In this document: piece by piece, positions 8,677-16,974 of the stretch
How the letters are laid out: every line of letters begins with the position of its first letter
How positions within the stretch are numbered: position 1 is the stretch's first letter
NCBI GenBank assembly: GCA_046730015.1
Contig: JBKPHT010000137.1
Location: forward strand, 1,512-65,511
DNA from: Actinomycetota bacterium
GTDB lineage: Bacteria > Actinomycetota > Acidimicrobiia > Acidimicrobiales > VFJN01
Reading direction: 5' to 3'
DNA: 64,000 nt
Notes under the pieces: generated by a model
Told to the model about the DNA's origin: nothing
Database searches by the model: none
What the model saw: only the letters and a program-made list of their open reading frames with translations
Program-made: the position numbers and the translations under genes

Positions 8677-8706
8677 ATCCCGGACTGGCGGCGCGTCGCG
8701 CTCCGT

Positions 8707-8779
8707 GAGGCGATAGCGGTCGTTCTTCCGTTCCCGAGGCGATAGGGGTCGGGGGCCGACCACCATCGCCTCGAGAACC
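8707..8779 (+). repeat. GAGGCGATAGGGG-type nested palindromic element, copy B (3 units)
   Basis: gaggcgatagcggtcg-ttcttccgttcc-cgaggcgataggggtcgggggccgaccaccatcgcctcgagaacc, between convergent galT and rsmI. Confidence 0.9.
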
Positions 8780-8825
8780 AGGATGCGGCTCCCGATCGCC
8801 GCCAGAACCGGCCGGTCCCGCAGGC

Positions 8826-9677
8826 TCAGCCCTCGCCCGACGCCGCCGCGACGGCGAGGTCGTAGACCCGGCGCCTGGGGACGTCGAGGCGGGCCGCCAC
8901 CGCCCGGGCCGCGTCCCGGGCCGACGCCCCGTCGTCGAGCTCGGCCCGCAGAGCGGCCAGCACCGCCGCGTCGTCCGGCGGCGCCGCCGCCGGGGCGCCC
9001 TCCAGCACCACCACGATCTCGCCCGGCGGCTCCCGGTCGGTGGCCCAGGCGAGCGCGCCCGCCAGCGTGCCCCGCCAGACCTCCTCGTGGAGCTTGGTCA
9101 TCTCCCGGGCGATCGCGACCCGGCGGTCGCCGCCGCAGGCCGCGACCAGGTCGGCCAGCGTCCGGGCCAGCCGGTGGGGCGCCTCGTACAGCACCGCCGT
9201 CCGCCGCTCCCCCGCCAGCGCCGCCAGCCGCTCGGCGCGCCCGGCGCCCTTCCGGGGCATGAACCCCTCGAACACGAACCGTCCCGCCGGCAGCCCGCTG
9301 ACCACGAGCGCGGCCAGCGACGCCGACGGTCCCGGCACGACCTCGATCCGGTGGCCGGCGGCGACCGCGGCCCGCACGAGGCGCTCGCCCGGGTCGGAGA
9401 TGCCGGGCATCCCGGCGTCGGACACCAGCGCCACCCGCTCGCCCCGGTCGAGCCGGGCCACCACCCGGGGGATCTCCCGCTCCTCGGTGTGCTCGTTGAC
9501 CACCACGAAGGGCCGGCGCTCGATGCCGGCGAGGGTGAGCAGCTTCCCGGTCCGGCGGGTGTCCTCGCAGCACACGGCGTCGGCCCTGGCAAGCTCCTCG
9601 GCCGCCCGCGGGCTGAGGTCCCGGAGGTTGCCGATCGGCGTTCCCACCAGCACCAGCGCGCCCGGTTCGGCCGTCAC
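8826..9677 (-). CDS. rsmI: 16S rRNA (cytidine1402-2'-O)-methyltransferase
   Basis: N-terminal LVLVGTPIGNLRDLSPRA...CEDTR and overall tetrapyrrole-methylase-fold RsmI pattern. The GTG start overlaps the DUF192 stop. Confidence 0.92.
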   Translation of the reverse strand: MTAEPGALVLVGTPIGNLRDLSPRAAEELARADAVCCEDTRRTGKLLTLAGIERRPFVVVNEHTEEREIPRVVARLDRGERVALVSDAGMPGISDPGERLVRAAVAAGHRIEVVPGPSASLAALVVSGLPAGRFVFEGFMPRKGAGRAERLAALAGERRTAVLYEAPHRLARTLADLVAACGGDRRVAIAREMTKLHEEVWRGTLAGALAWATDREPPGEIVVVLEGAPAAAPPDDAAVLAALRAELDDGASARDAARAVAARLDVPRRRVYDLAVAAASGEG

Positions 9678-10003
9678 CCCTTGACCTCGAGCACGTCACC
9701 CGGCCGGACGTTCCAGCGGGCGAGCGCGCCGGCCTCCGCCTCGATGACGCACCGGGCCCGGAGCACCGGCCGGGAGACGCGGTGGCGGGGCAGGGTCACC
9801 ACGCGGAGGACGGTCATGTCGGCGTCGCAGAAGGCCACGTCGATCGCGAACCGCATGCCGACCGTGTGCACCGAGCGGGCGCCGGGGAGCAGCAGGGCCC
9901 CGTCGATGCCGTCCCGCCCCAGGAGACCCCGGGCCCGGGCGCGCCGGGACTCGGCCGTCTCGAGGCTGGCCAGAACCTCCCCGTCTCTCAGCAACCAGGC
10001 CAC
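9674..10003 (-). CDS. DUF192 domain-containing protein
   Basis: 109 aa with ...RARGLLGR...HTVGMRFAIDVAF.D....V, typical of DUF192. Confidence 0.85.
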   Translation of the reverse strand: MAWLLRDGEVLASLETAESRRARARGLLGRDGIDGALLLPGARSVHTVGMRFAIDVAFCDADMTVLRVVTLPRHRVSRPVLRARCVIEAEAGALARWNVRPGDVLEVKG

Positions 10004-10090
10004 GAGCCATCATGATGCCGAGCGCGCGCCCCACTGCGACACCACCGTCCATCGCCCGGGCGTGGCCGCCGGGCGTCCGTCTCGGGTCGC

Positions 10091-10684
10091 TCAGCCGAAC
10101 AGGCGGTCCAGGTACTCGTCGATGGCCTCCTCGGCCGTCCGCCGGGCCGCGGCCTGGTCGTCGGCGCGGGCCACCACGAGGGCCAGCTCGTTCATGGTGG
10201 CGAGCACCATGTGGGCGAACGGGTCGACCATCCCGGGGTCGAGCCGGCCATCGGCGGCCGCTTGCTGGAGGATGAGCTTGACGGAGCCCAGGGCGTGCTC
10301 CTCCTCGATCTCCCGCCACCGCTGCCAGCCGAGCACCGCGGGCGCGTCGATGAGGACGATCCGCTGCACCACGGGGTCGCCGGCGAGCCGGACCCAGGCG
10401 AGGGAGCCGAGCCGCAGGGCCTCGATGGCCGTCGTCGCCCCCGCTGCGGCCGCCCCGGTCTCGGCCCCGATCCGCTCCTCGACGGCGTAGAGGGCCGCCT
10501 CGAACAGGGCGGGCTTGCCGGCGAAGTGGTGGTACAGCGAGCCCCGGCTCATCCCGGTCTCGGCCAGGACCGCCTCGATCGACGTGCCGTCGTAGCCCCG
10601 CTCGGCGAACAGCCGGACGGCGACGTCGACCAGGGTGCGGCGGGTGGCCGCCGAGCGCTCGCTGCGCGAGGTGGCGCCGGGCAT
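10091..10684 (-). CDS. TetR/AcrR family transcriptional regulator
   Basis: N-terminal HTH RRTLVDVAVRLFAERGYDGTSIEAVLAETGMSRGSLYHHF. Confidence 0.9.
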   Translation of the reverse strand: MPGATSRSERSAATRRTLVDVAVRLFAERGYDGTSIEAVLAETGMSRGSLYHHFAGKPALFEAALYAVEERIGAETGAAAAGATTAIEALRLGSLAWVRLAGDPVVQRIVLIDAPAVLGWQRWREIEEEHALGSVKLILQQAAADGRLDPGMVDPFAHMVLATMNELALVVARADDQAAARRTAEEAIDEYLDRLFG

Positions 10685-10713
10685 GCGTGTCCCTCCCGGA
10701 ACATCGTTGACAG

Positions 10714-10752
10714 ACCGACAGTCGGTATGTGAAAACTAGACCGACAGTCGGT
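10714..10752. promoter_or_regulatory. two copies of the 13-bp palindrome ACCGACAGTCGGT (putative TetR operators) in a divergent promoter region
   Basis: Palindromes at 10714-10726 and 10740-10752 (26-bp centre spacing) lie in the 96-bp TetR/hydrolase intergenic region. TTGACA at 10707-10712 abuts the first. Confidence 0.6.
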
Positions 10753-10780
10753 TTCCGAAAAAACCTACAGGAGCCAGACC

Positions 10781-11659
10781 ATGGACATCCACGAACTCGA
10801 CGCCCACCGCTCCACCGTCGCCACCCCGTCGGGCGACGTCAGCTACGTGGCCGTCGGCGAGGGCCCGCCCGCCATCTTCGTCCACGGCGTCGGCACCAAC
10901 GCCTTCCTGTGGCGCAACGTCCTCGGGCGGCTGCCCGGCCGGCGGGGCATCGCCCTCGACCTCCCCGCCCACGGGCGGAGCCCCGCCGGCGCCGACCAGG
11001 ACCTCAGCCTCGGCGGCCTGGCCGACGCCGTCGTCGGGCTGTGCGACGCCCTCGGCCTCGCCGAGATCGACCTGGTCGGCAACGACACCGGCGGCGGCGT
11101 CGCCCAGATCGTCGCCGCCCGAAACCCCGACCGGCTCCGCACCCTGACCCTCACCAACTGCGAGGCCCACGACAACGTGCCGCCCGAGGCCTTCCGGCCG
11201 ACCGTCGAGCTGGCCCGGGCCGGCAGCCTCGCCCCGGGCGCCCCCGCGCTGCTGGCCGACCTCGCCGCCGCCCGCGCCGCGGTGTTCGCCATGGGCTACG
11301 AGTCGCCCGACCAGCCCCCGCTCGAGGTCGTCGACGCCTTCCTTCGCCCGGTGCTCGGCAGCCCCGAGGCCGCCCTGCGGTTCGAGGGGCTGCTGGCCGG
11401 GCTCGACCCCACCGACCTGCTGGCCGCCGAGCCCGCGCTGCGGGAGCTGACCGTGCCGACCCTCGTCGTGTGGGGCACCGGCGACGAGTTCTTCGAGCTG
11501 CGCTGGGCCCACTGGCTGCGGGACACGATCCCCGGCGTCACCGAGGTGGTCGAGCTGGCCGGCGCCCGGCTGTTCTTCCCCGACGAGCGGGCCGACGAGC
11601 TGGTCCCCCTGCTCGAGCGCCACTGGGCGGCCCAACCCTCGACCTCGACTATACGTTGA
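10781..11659 (+). CDS. alpha/beta hydrolase
   Basis: HGVGTN oxyanion region, nucleophile elbow GNDTGG, and a C-terminal His region. RBS caggag lies upstream of the ATG. Confidence 0.88.
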   Translation: MDIHELDAHRSTVATPSGDVSYVAVGEGPPAIFVHGVGTNAFLWRNVLGRLPGRRGIALDLPAHGRSPAGADQDLSLGGLADAVVGLCDALGLAEIDLVGNDTGGGVAQIVAARNPDRLRTLTLTNCEAHDNVPPEAFRPTVELARAGSLAPGAPALLADLAAARAAVFAMGYESPDQPPLEVVDAFLRPVLGSPEAALRFEGLLAGLDPTDLLAAEPALRELTVPTLVVWGTGDEFFELRWAHWLRDTIPGVTEVVELAGARLFFPDERADELVPLLERHWAAQPSTSTIR

Positions 11660-11665
11660 AGCGGA
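11647..11665 (+). repeat. 19-nt direct repeat, left copy (GACTATACGTTGAAGCGGA)
   Basis: Matches 12576-12594 at 18/19 positions and contains the hydrolase stop codon. Confidence 0.85.
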
Positions 11666-11896
11666 ACTGCGGGCGAGACGCCGCAACGCCATGCGGGTTC
11701 GACTCCGGCCGCGGGCACTGCCGTCGCTGTGCCGCTGACGTCGGCAGCGTTGGCCGTCTACCTCCGACAATCCGTGCAAGTACGGATACCGCCGAGCGGC
11801 GCGGCTGAAGGACGATCGCCTCGCCGAGCGCGTCCCGCTGTGATGAACGCGGGGCTCGGCTCGAGCCACACCACGGCCACGGACAGGTGAACGATC

Positions 11897-12466
11897 ATGA
11901 GAAAGCTAAGCGTGTCGACGCTGGTCACGCTTGACGGCGTGGTCCAGGACCCCGGCGGCTTCGGCGAGACGGAGGACGCCGGCTGGGCCAACGCCTACTT
12001 CGACGACGAGGCCGCCCGGCTGGCGTACGAGCACTTGCTGGCGAGCGACGTCTTCCTGCTCGGTCGCGAGACCTACGAGCTCTTCAAGAAGCACTGGACG
12101 CAAGTTCACGAGGGCGACTACGCGGCGCGGATCAACAGCATGCCCAAGGTGGTCGCCTCCAGGACCCTGCACGAGCCGCTGGAATGGAACGCGACCCTGA
12201 TCGAAGGCGACATCGCCGAGGAGATCGCCAAGCTCAAGCACGAGGACGGCGGCGAGATCCTGATGTACGGCAGCCCGACGCTCATGCGGACGCTCGCCGC
12301 GCACGACCTCGTCGACGAGTACAAGGTCTGGGTCCACCCGGTCGTCCTGGGTGGCGGCAAGCGTCTGTTCGCCGACGGGTTCGGCAAGTCCTCGTTGGAG
12401 CTGATCGATGTCCAGACTCTGAGCACAGGCGTCGTCATCCTCACCTACCGGCCCGACCGGTCCTAG
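11897..12466 (+). CDS. dihydrofolate reductase family protein (RibD C-terminal domain-like)
   Basis: STLVTLDGVVQDPGG...FLLGRETYE...MYGSPTLMRTL...DEYKVWVHPVVLGGGKRLF is the typical YyaP/RibD_C pattern. Its GC appears visibly lower than its neighbours. Confidence 0.88.
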   Translation: MRKLSVSTLVTLDGVVQDPGGFGETEDAGWANAYFDDEAARLAYEHLLASDVFLLGRETYELFKKHWTQVHEGDYAARINSMPKVVASRTLHEPLEWNATLIEGDIAEEIAKLKHEDGGEILMYGSPTLMRTLAAHDLVDEYKVWVHPVVLGGGKRLFADGFGKSSLELIDVQTLSTGVVILTYRPDRS

Positions 12467-12575
12467 GCGCACCCGATCGGTCCGCGAGGTGCTGGGACAC
12501 GGTGCACTCGCCGACGATCGGCCCCCCATCTTCTCGCTGGCTGGAGGGGCAGGTCAGAGGGTCGATCGGCCGGGT

Positions 12576-12594
12576 GACTACACGTTGAAGCGGA
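12576..12594 (+). repeat. 19-nt direct repeat, right copy (GACTACACGTTGAAGCGGA)
   Basis: Overlaps the ychF stop codon and last codons (EIRFNV*). It is the partner of 11647-11665. Confidence 0.85.
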
Positions 12595-13654
12595 TCTCCA
12601 TAACGTCGCCGTCCGCCACCTGGTAGTCCTTGCCCTCGACCCGCAGCTTGCCGACCTCCCGGGCCTTGGGCCACGAGCCGATCTCGACCAGCTCGTCCCA
12701 GTGGATGACCTCGGCCCGGATGAACCCCTTCTCGAAGTCGGTGTGGATCACCCCGGCGCACCGGGGGGCCGTCCAGCCGGCCCGGAACGTCCAGGCCCGC
12801 GACTCCTTGTCGCCGGTGGTGAAGAACGTCCGCAGCCCGAGCAGGTGGTACGCACCGTGGAGGAAACGCGGCAGCGCCCCCTCCCCCAGCCCCAGCGCCT
12901 CCAGCATCTCGGCCCGCTCGTCCAGCGTGAGCTGGGCGGCCTCGGCCTCCAGCTGGACGCACATGCCCAGCACCTCGGCCCGCCCGGCGAGCTCGGCCTC
13001 GACCGGGGCGATCACCGAGGCGACGTCGTCGAGCTGGTCCTCGCCGACGTTGACGACGGCCAGCACTGGCCGGTTGGTGAGCAGGAAGTACGGGCGCAGC
13101 AGGGCCCGGGCCTCCGGGTCGAGGTCGCTGCGGTAGATCGGCGTCCCCGCCGACAGCACCGCCTCGGCCGCGTCGAGCGCGGCGACCTCGTCGGCCAGGG
13201 CCCGGTCGGCCTTGGCCGCCTTGCGCCGCTTGGTCACCTGGTTCTCGACCGCCTCCAGATCGGCCAGCGTCAGCTCCAGCTCGACCACCCGCAGGTGCTC
13301 GAGCGGGTCGGACGGGCCGGGCACCTCGGCGTCCTCGAACGACCGCAGCACGTACACGACGGCGTCGACCTCGCGGATGTTGGCCAGGAACCGGTTGCCG
13401 AGCCCCTCGCCCTTGCTCGCCCCCTCGACCAGGCCGCCGATGTCGACGAACTGGACGCTGGCCGGCACGACGTTGCGGCTGGCCGACATCGTGACGAGGG
13501 CGTCGAGGCGCGGGTCGAGCACCTTGGCCACCCCGACGTTGGGGTCCCGGGTGGCGAACGCGTAGGGCGCGGCGAGCGCGCTCCCGCCGGACAGCGCGTT
13601 GTACAGCGACGACTTGCCGGCGTTGGGGAGGCCGACGAACCCGAACCGTTCCAC
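12578..13654 (-). CDS. ychF: redox-regulated ATPase YchF
   Basis: GFVGLPNAGKSSLYNAL P-loop, a central coiled-coil insert, and a C-terminal TGS-like domain (FIRAEVI...). Confidence 0.95.
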   Translation of the reverse strand: MERFGFVGLPNAGKSSLYNALSGGSALAAPYAFATRDPNVGVAKVLDPRLDALVTMSASRNVVPASVQFVDIGGLVEGASKGEGLGNRFLANIREVDAVVYVLRSFEDAEVPGPSDPLEHLRVVELELTLADLEAVENQVTKRRKAAKADRALADEVAALDAAEAVLSAGTPIYRSDLDPEARALLRPYFLLTNRPVLAVVNVGEDQLDDVASVIAPVEAELAGRAEVLGMCVQLEAEAAQLTLDERAEMLEALGLGEGALPRFLHGAYHLLGLRTFFTTGDKESRAWTFRAGWTAPRCAGVIHTDFEKGFIRAEVIHWDELVEIGSWPKAREVGKLRVEGKDYQVADGDVMEIRFNV

Positions 13655-13690
13655 CTCGCGAGGCTACTGACCTTCGGTACGGTCGCCGCC

Positions 13691-14350
13691 ATGGACCAGG
13701 AGATCGCGGTGCGGGGCACCGGGGAGGTCCGGGCGCTGCCCGACGCGGCGACGCTCCGGGTGGAGGTCGAGGCCGACCACGCCGATCAGGAGGTCGCCTA
13801 CCAGGCCCGGGCCGCGATCGCCGGCCGGGTGGACGAGGTGCTGGCGCGCCACGACGACGACATCGCCCGGTCGATGGTCACCGCGCTCGGCGTGCAGCCC
13901 CTCAGCCGGTGGCACGAGGGCCAGGAGATCCGCACGGGCTGGCGGGGCTTCCGGACCACCGTGGTCGACGTCGCGGTGCTCGACGCCCTCGGCCCGCTGA
14001 TGGCCGCGCTGGTCGACGCGGGCGCGGCGGTCACCGGTCCCCGCTGGTGGCTGGCGCCCGGCAACCCGGCCCACGACTCCGCCCGGGAGGCGGCCGCGGG
14101 CGACGCCCGCCGGCGGGCCGGGTCCTACGCCCGGGCGCTGGACCTGACCCTGGGCCCGGTGACCTGGGTGGCGGAAGCCGGCCTCCGGCCGCCGGGCGGC
14201 CCGGGGACACCGGTGGCACGGGCGCCGGGCGAGGCCCGGGGGATGGCGCTCGCCGTCGCCGGCGCCGACGCGACGGAACCGGCCGAGGACCTGACCCCCG
14301 GCGAGCTGACCGTCCGCGCGGTGGTCGAGGTCGGCTTCCGGATCGTGTAG
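13691..14350 (+). CDS. SIMPL domain-containing protein (DUF541)
   Basis: IAVRGTGEVRALPDAATLRVEV... and the C-terminal AR..A..DA...A..YA..L pattern. ATG at 13691, within track ORF 12701..14350. Confidence 0.82.
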   Translation: MDQEIAVRGTGEVRALPDAATLRVEVEADHADQEVAYQARAAIAGRVDEVLARHDDDIARSMVTALGVQPLSRWHEGQEIRTGWRGFRTTVVDVAVLDALGPLMAALVDAGAAVTGPRWWLAPGNPAHDSAREAAAGDARRRAGSYARALDLTLGPVTWVAEAGLRPPGGPGTPVARAPGEARGMALAVAGADATEPAEDLTPGELTVRAVVEVGFRIV

Positions 14351-14369
14351 CCGGCGCTAGACAGGGGGG

Positions 14370-15383
14370 ATGCACCCCGCCGACGCGCTCGACCGGATCG
14401 TCTACCTGCTCGACCGCGTCCTGGCCGAGGGCCAGAAGGTCAAGGCCTTTGCCCGCGCCCGCGACGTCGTGCTGGCGACCGACGACGACGAGCTGGTCCG
14501 GCTGCACCGGCTGGGCAAGCTCACCGACCTGGCCGGCGTCGGGCCCACCACCGGCAAGGTCATCGCCGAGGCCCTCGACGGCGGGACCCCCGGCTACATG
14601 GCCGAGCTGGAGGAGACGACCGTGCTCCCGGTGGGCGAGGGCGCCGGCCTGCGGGCGGCGCTGCGGGGCGACTGCCACACCCACTCGACCTGGTCGGACG
14701 GCGGCGCCCCGATCGAGAAGATGGCCCGGACCGCGATCGCGCTCGGCCATGAGTACATGGTGCTGACCGACCACTCGCCCCGCCTGACCGTCGCCCGCGG
14801 GCTGACGGCCGAGCGGTTGCGAGCCCAGCTCGACGAGGTCGACCGGCTCAACGAGGCGCTGGCGCCGTTCCGGATCCTGACCGGCATCGAGGTCGACATC
14901 CTCCCCGACGGCGAGCTCGACCAGCGGGAGGACCTGTTGGCCCGGCTCGACGTGGTGGTGGGCAGCGTCCACTCCAAGCTGCGGATGGAGAGGGCCGAGA
15001 TGACCCGGCGGATGGTGGCGGCCGTGGCCAGCCCCCACGTCGACATCCTGGGGCACTGCACGGGCCGCAAGCTGGTGGGTAGGGGCCGTCCGCCGTCGGT
15101 GTTCGACCCCGAGATCGTGTTCGCCGCGTGCGCCCAGTTCGACACCGCCCTGGAGATCAACTGCCGGCCCGAACGCCAGGACCCGCCGGACGACCTGGTC
15201 GAGCTGGCGCTGGACTGGGGCCTCCGGTTCGCCGTCGACACCGACGCCCACGCCCCCGGGCAGATGGAGTGGCAGGTCTACGGCTGCGACAAGGCGGCCC
15301 GCCACTGCATCGACCCGGACCGGATCGTCAACACCATGGCCGCCGACGACCTGGTCGCCTGGGCGGCGTCCCATCCGGCGTGA
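14370..15383 (+). CDS. PHP domain-containing protein (PolX C-terminal-like phosphoesterase with N-terminal HhH region)
   Basis: CHTHSTWSDG, LTDHSP, GIEVDIL, SVH and DTDAH metal-binding motifs of the PHP fold. Confidence 0.85.
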   Translation: MHPADALDRIVYLLDRVLAEGQKVKAFARARDVVLATDDDELVRLHRLGKLTDLAGVGPTTGKVIAEALDGGTPGYMAELEETTVLPVGEGAGLRAALRGDCHTHSTWSDGGAPIEKMARTAIALGHEYMVLTDHSPRLTVARGLTAERLRAQLDEVDRLNEALAPFRILTGIEVDILPDGELDQREDLLARLDVVVGSVHSKLRMERAEMTRRMVAAVASPHVDILGHCTGRKLVGRGRPPSVFDPEIVFAACAQFDTALEINCRPERQDPPDDLVELALDWGLRFAVDTDAHAPGQMEWQVYGCDKAARHCIDPDRIVNTMAADDLVAWAASHPA

Positions 15384-15423
15384 CCCGGGCCGTCGGGGTC
15401 GGTCGCCTCGCGCCGGGTTGCCC

Positions 15424-15493
15424 GAGGCGATAGGGGTCGGTCGCTGGTTCTCGAGGTCATAGTGGTCGGGGGCCGGCCCCTAATGCCTCGGGT
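15424..15493 (+). repeat. GAGGCGATAGGGG-type nested palindromic element, copy C (3 units, degenerate)
   Basis: gaggcgataggggtcg-gtcgctggttct-cgaggtcatagtggtcgggggccggcccctaatgcctcgggtac, 3' of the PHP gene. Confidence 0.85.
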
Positions 15494-15537
15494 ACAGGAA
15501 GGCCGCCAGAACGCCGCCGGTGAAGTGACTCTCGTAA

Positions 15538-15577
15538 CCTTGACGACCTTGCCTTGACGACCTTGCGCCGGTAGGCT
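15538..15577 (+). promoter_or_regulatory. tandem 14-nt direct repeat CCTTGACGACCTTG x2 plus TAGGCT -10-like box immediately upstream of the antitoxin ATG
   Basis: Repeats at 15538-15551 and 15552-15565. TAGGCT at 15572-15577 lies 6 nt before ATG 15584, which is compatible with a leaderless transcript. Confidence 0.4.
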
Positions 15578-15583
15578 GGCCCC

Positions 15584-16174
15584 ATGGTCGACAGAGCTCC
15601 CCGGGTCCGAGGTCGCAACGCCACCGCGGCCGCCCTCGCCGCAGTCGACGACCGCTACGTCGAGCGGGTCTCGTCGCAGGTCACCGAGGAGCTGGCCCGC
15701 CGGGTCGGTGCCCTGCGCGAGCAGGGCCAGCGGGCCGACGCCCTCGGCGAACCCGACGACCTGGCCGCCCGGATGCTGGCCGCCGTCCCCCAGCCCTCCC
15801 CCTGGGCCGAGCTGGGGCCGTTCTACAGCACCGCCGGCATCGCCCGGGTGCTGGGCGGGGTCAGCCGCCAGGCCGTCGAGGAGCGGCGGCGGCGGCGGAC
15901 GATCCTCGCCCTGCGCACGGCCGACGGCGCCTGGGTCTACCCGGCGTTCCAGCTCGACGGGAACAACCGGGTGGTCCGGGGGCTGGCCGAGGTGCTCGAC
16001 CGGTTCGCGCCCGCGGGGACCGACGACGAGTGGATGGTCGCCTCGTTCCTCACCGCGCCCCAACCCGGGCTCGGCAGCCGGTCGGTGGCCGAGCACCTGC
16101 AGGACGGCGGCGACCTGGCGGCGGTGCTCGACCTGGCGGGCGAGCGCGCCGACCGGTGGGCGATGACGCCGTAA
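15584..16174 (+). CDS. putative antitoxin of RES-Xre type (HTH plus DUF2384-like C-terminal region)
   Basis: HTH-like AGIARVLGGVSRQAVEERRRRR. The C-terminal W...FL..P.P.LGGRS..E.L.DGG pattern resembles the toxin-binding domain. It lies directly upstream of the RES gene. Confidence 0.68.
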   Translation: MVDRAPRVRGRNATAAALAAVDDRYVERVSSQVTEELARRVGALREQGQRADALGEPDDLAARMLAAVPQPSPWAELGPFYSTAGIARVLGGVSRQAVEERRRRRTILALRTADGAWVYPAFQLDGNNRVVRGLAEVLDRFAPAGTDDEWMVASFLTAPQPGLGSRSVAEHLQDGGDLAAVLDLAGERADRWAMTP

Positions 16175-16224
16175 CCTCTCCCCGCCCCCGCCCCCACCCC
16201 ACCGGTCCAGCGCGCGGGCCCGCG

Positions 16225-16881
16225 ATGCCTCAGCCCCCCGACGTCAAGCGCCACCCCGACACCCGCCAGGCCCCCAGCATCGGGGCGCCGCCGCACCCGG
16301 AGCAGCTGAAGGCGTTCCCGGTGTGGCACGTCCACGCGGGCACGGTGCTGTGCCGGGTGACCACGACCGGGCTGGGGCCGTGGTGGTTCTCCAGCGACGC
16401 GCAGGGCCGGTTCGACCTGGACCCGCCCCGGGGCACCTGCTATCTGGCAGACGACGAGATCGGCGCCGTGCTGGAGGTGCTCGGCCCGATCGTGGTCGTC
16501 AACCCGGACTGGGCCCGGCAACTGAGCCTGTGGCACCTGGCCCTCCCGGCGCAGTGCAGCGCGGCCGACACGACCGTCCGGGCCGCCCGGGGCTTCGGGG
16601 TCACGGCCGAGCTCGCCAGCATCACCCCCTACGACCTGCCCCAGCAGTGGGCGGCCGCGTTCGCCGCGGCCGGCCACGACGGCGTCCGCTACCGGGTGCG
16701 GCACGACCCCGGGGGCAGCCGGGCGCTCGCCCTGTTCGGCGCCGCGGGCGAGCGGCGGCGCTGGCCCCGGGGACGCAGCCGGCAGGTCGACGACGAACTG
16801 CTCGACCGCCTGGCCGCCGAAACCGGCATCCGGGTGGCCCCGGTCCCCCGCCTGGCCGACCTCGGCGGCGTGTCGGACTGA
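16225..16881 (+). CDS. RES family NAD+ phosphorylase toxin
   Basis: GRFDLDPPRGTCYLADDEIGAVLE (R and E), SITPYDLPQ (S), and DGVRYRVRHDPGGSRALALF, typical of the RES domain. ATG at 16225, within track ORF 16030..16881. Confidence 0.85.
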   Translation: MPQPPDVKRHPDTRQAPSIGAPPHPEQLKAFPVWHVHAGTVLCRVTTTGLGPWWFSSDAQGRFDLDPPRGTCYLADDEIGAVLEVLGPIVVVNPDWARQLSLWHLALPAQCSAADTTVRAARGFGVTAELASITPYDLPQQWAAAFAAAGHDGVRYRVRHDPGGSRALALFGAAGERRRWPRGRSRQVDDELLDRLAAETGIRVAPVPRLADLGGVSD

Positions 16882-16897
16882 CCGCGTCTTCCCGGAT

Positions 16898-16945
16898 CTC
16901 GAGGCGATAGGGGTCGGGGGCCGGCCCCTATCGCCTCGCGAACCC
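16898..16945. repeat. GAGGCGATAGGGG-type palindromic element, copy D (central 2-unit palindrome only)
   Basis: ctcgaggcgataggggtcgggggccggcccctatcgcctcgcgaaccc. The arms pair over 13 bp and more. Confidence 0.9.
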
Positions 16946-16974
16946 GTAAAGGGGCGCCGCTAGCGTGCACCGCC

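Noticed and set aside
11685-11720. A tRNA-like T-arm string, gcGGGTTCGACTCCggc, lies inside the inserted segment. It could be a tRNA gene or a tRNA-derived att site.
   Set aside because: The T-stem pairs at only 4 of 5 positions. No complementary acceptor 5' strand, D-arm or anticodon arm can be drawn in the preceding 70 nt. It is most likely a chance match.
11814-11828. The string GACGATCGCCTCGCC resembles the terminal unit ...CTATCGCCTCGCC of the dispersed repeat, inside the 929-bp insertion.
   Set aside because: The match is short and lacks the GATAGGGG part, so it is insufficient to call.
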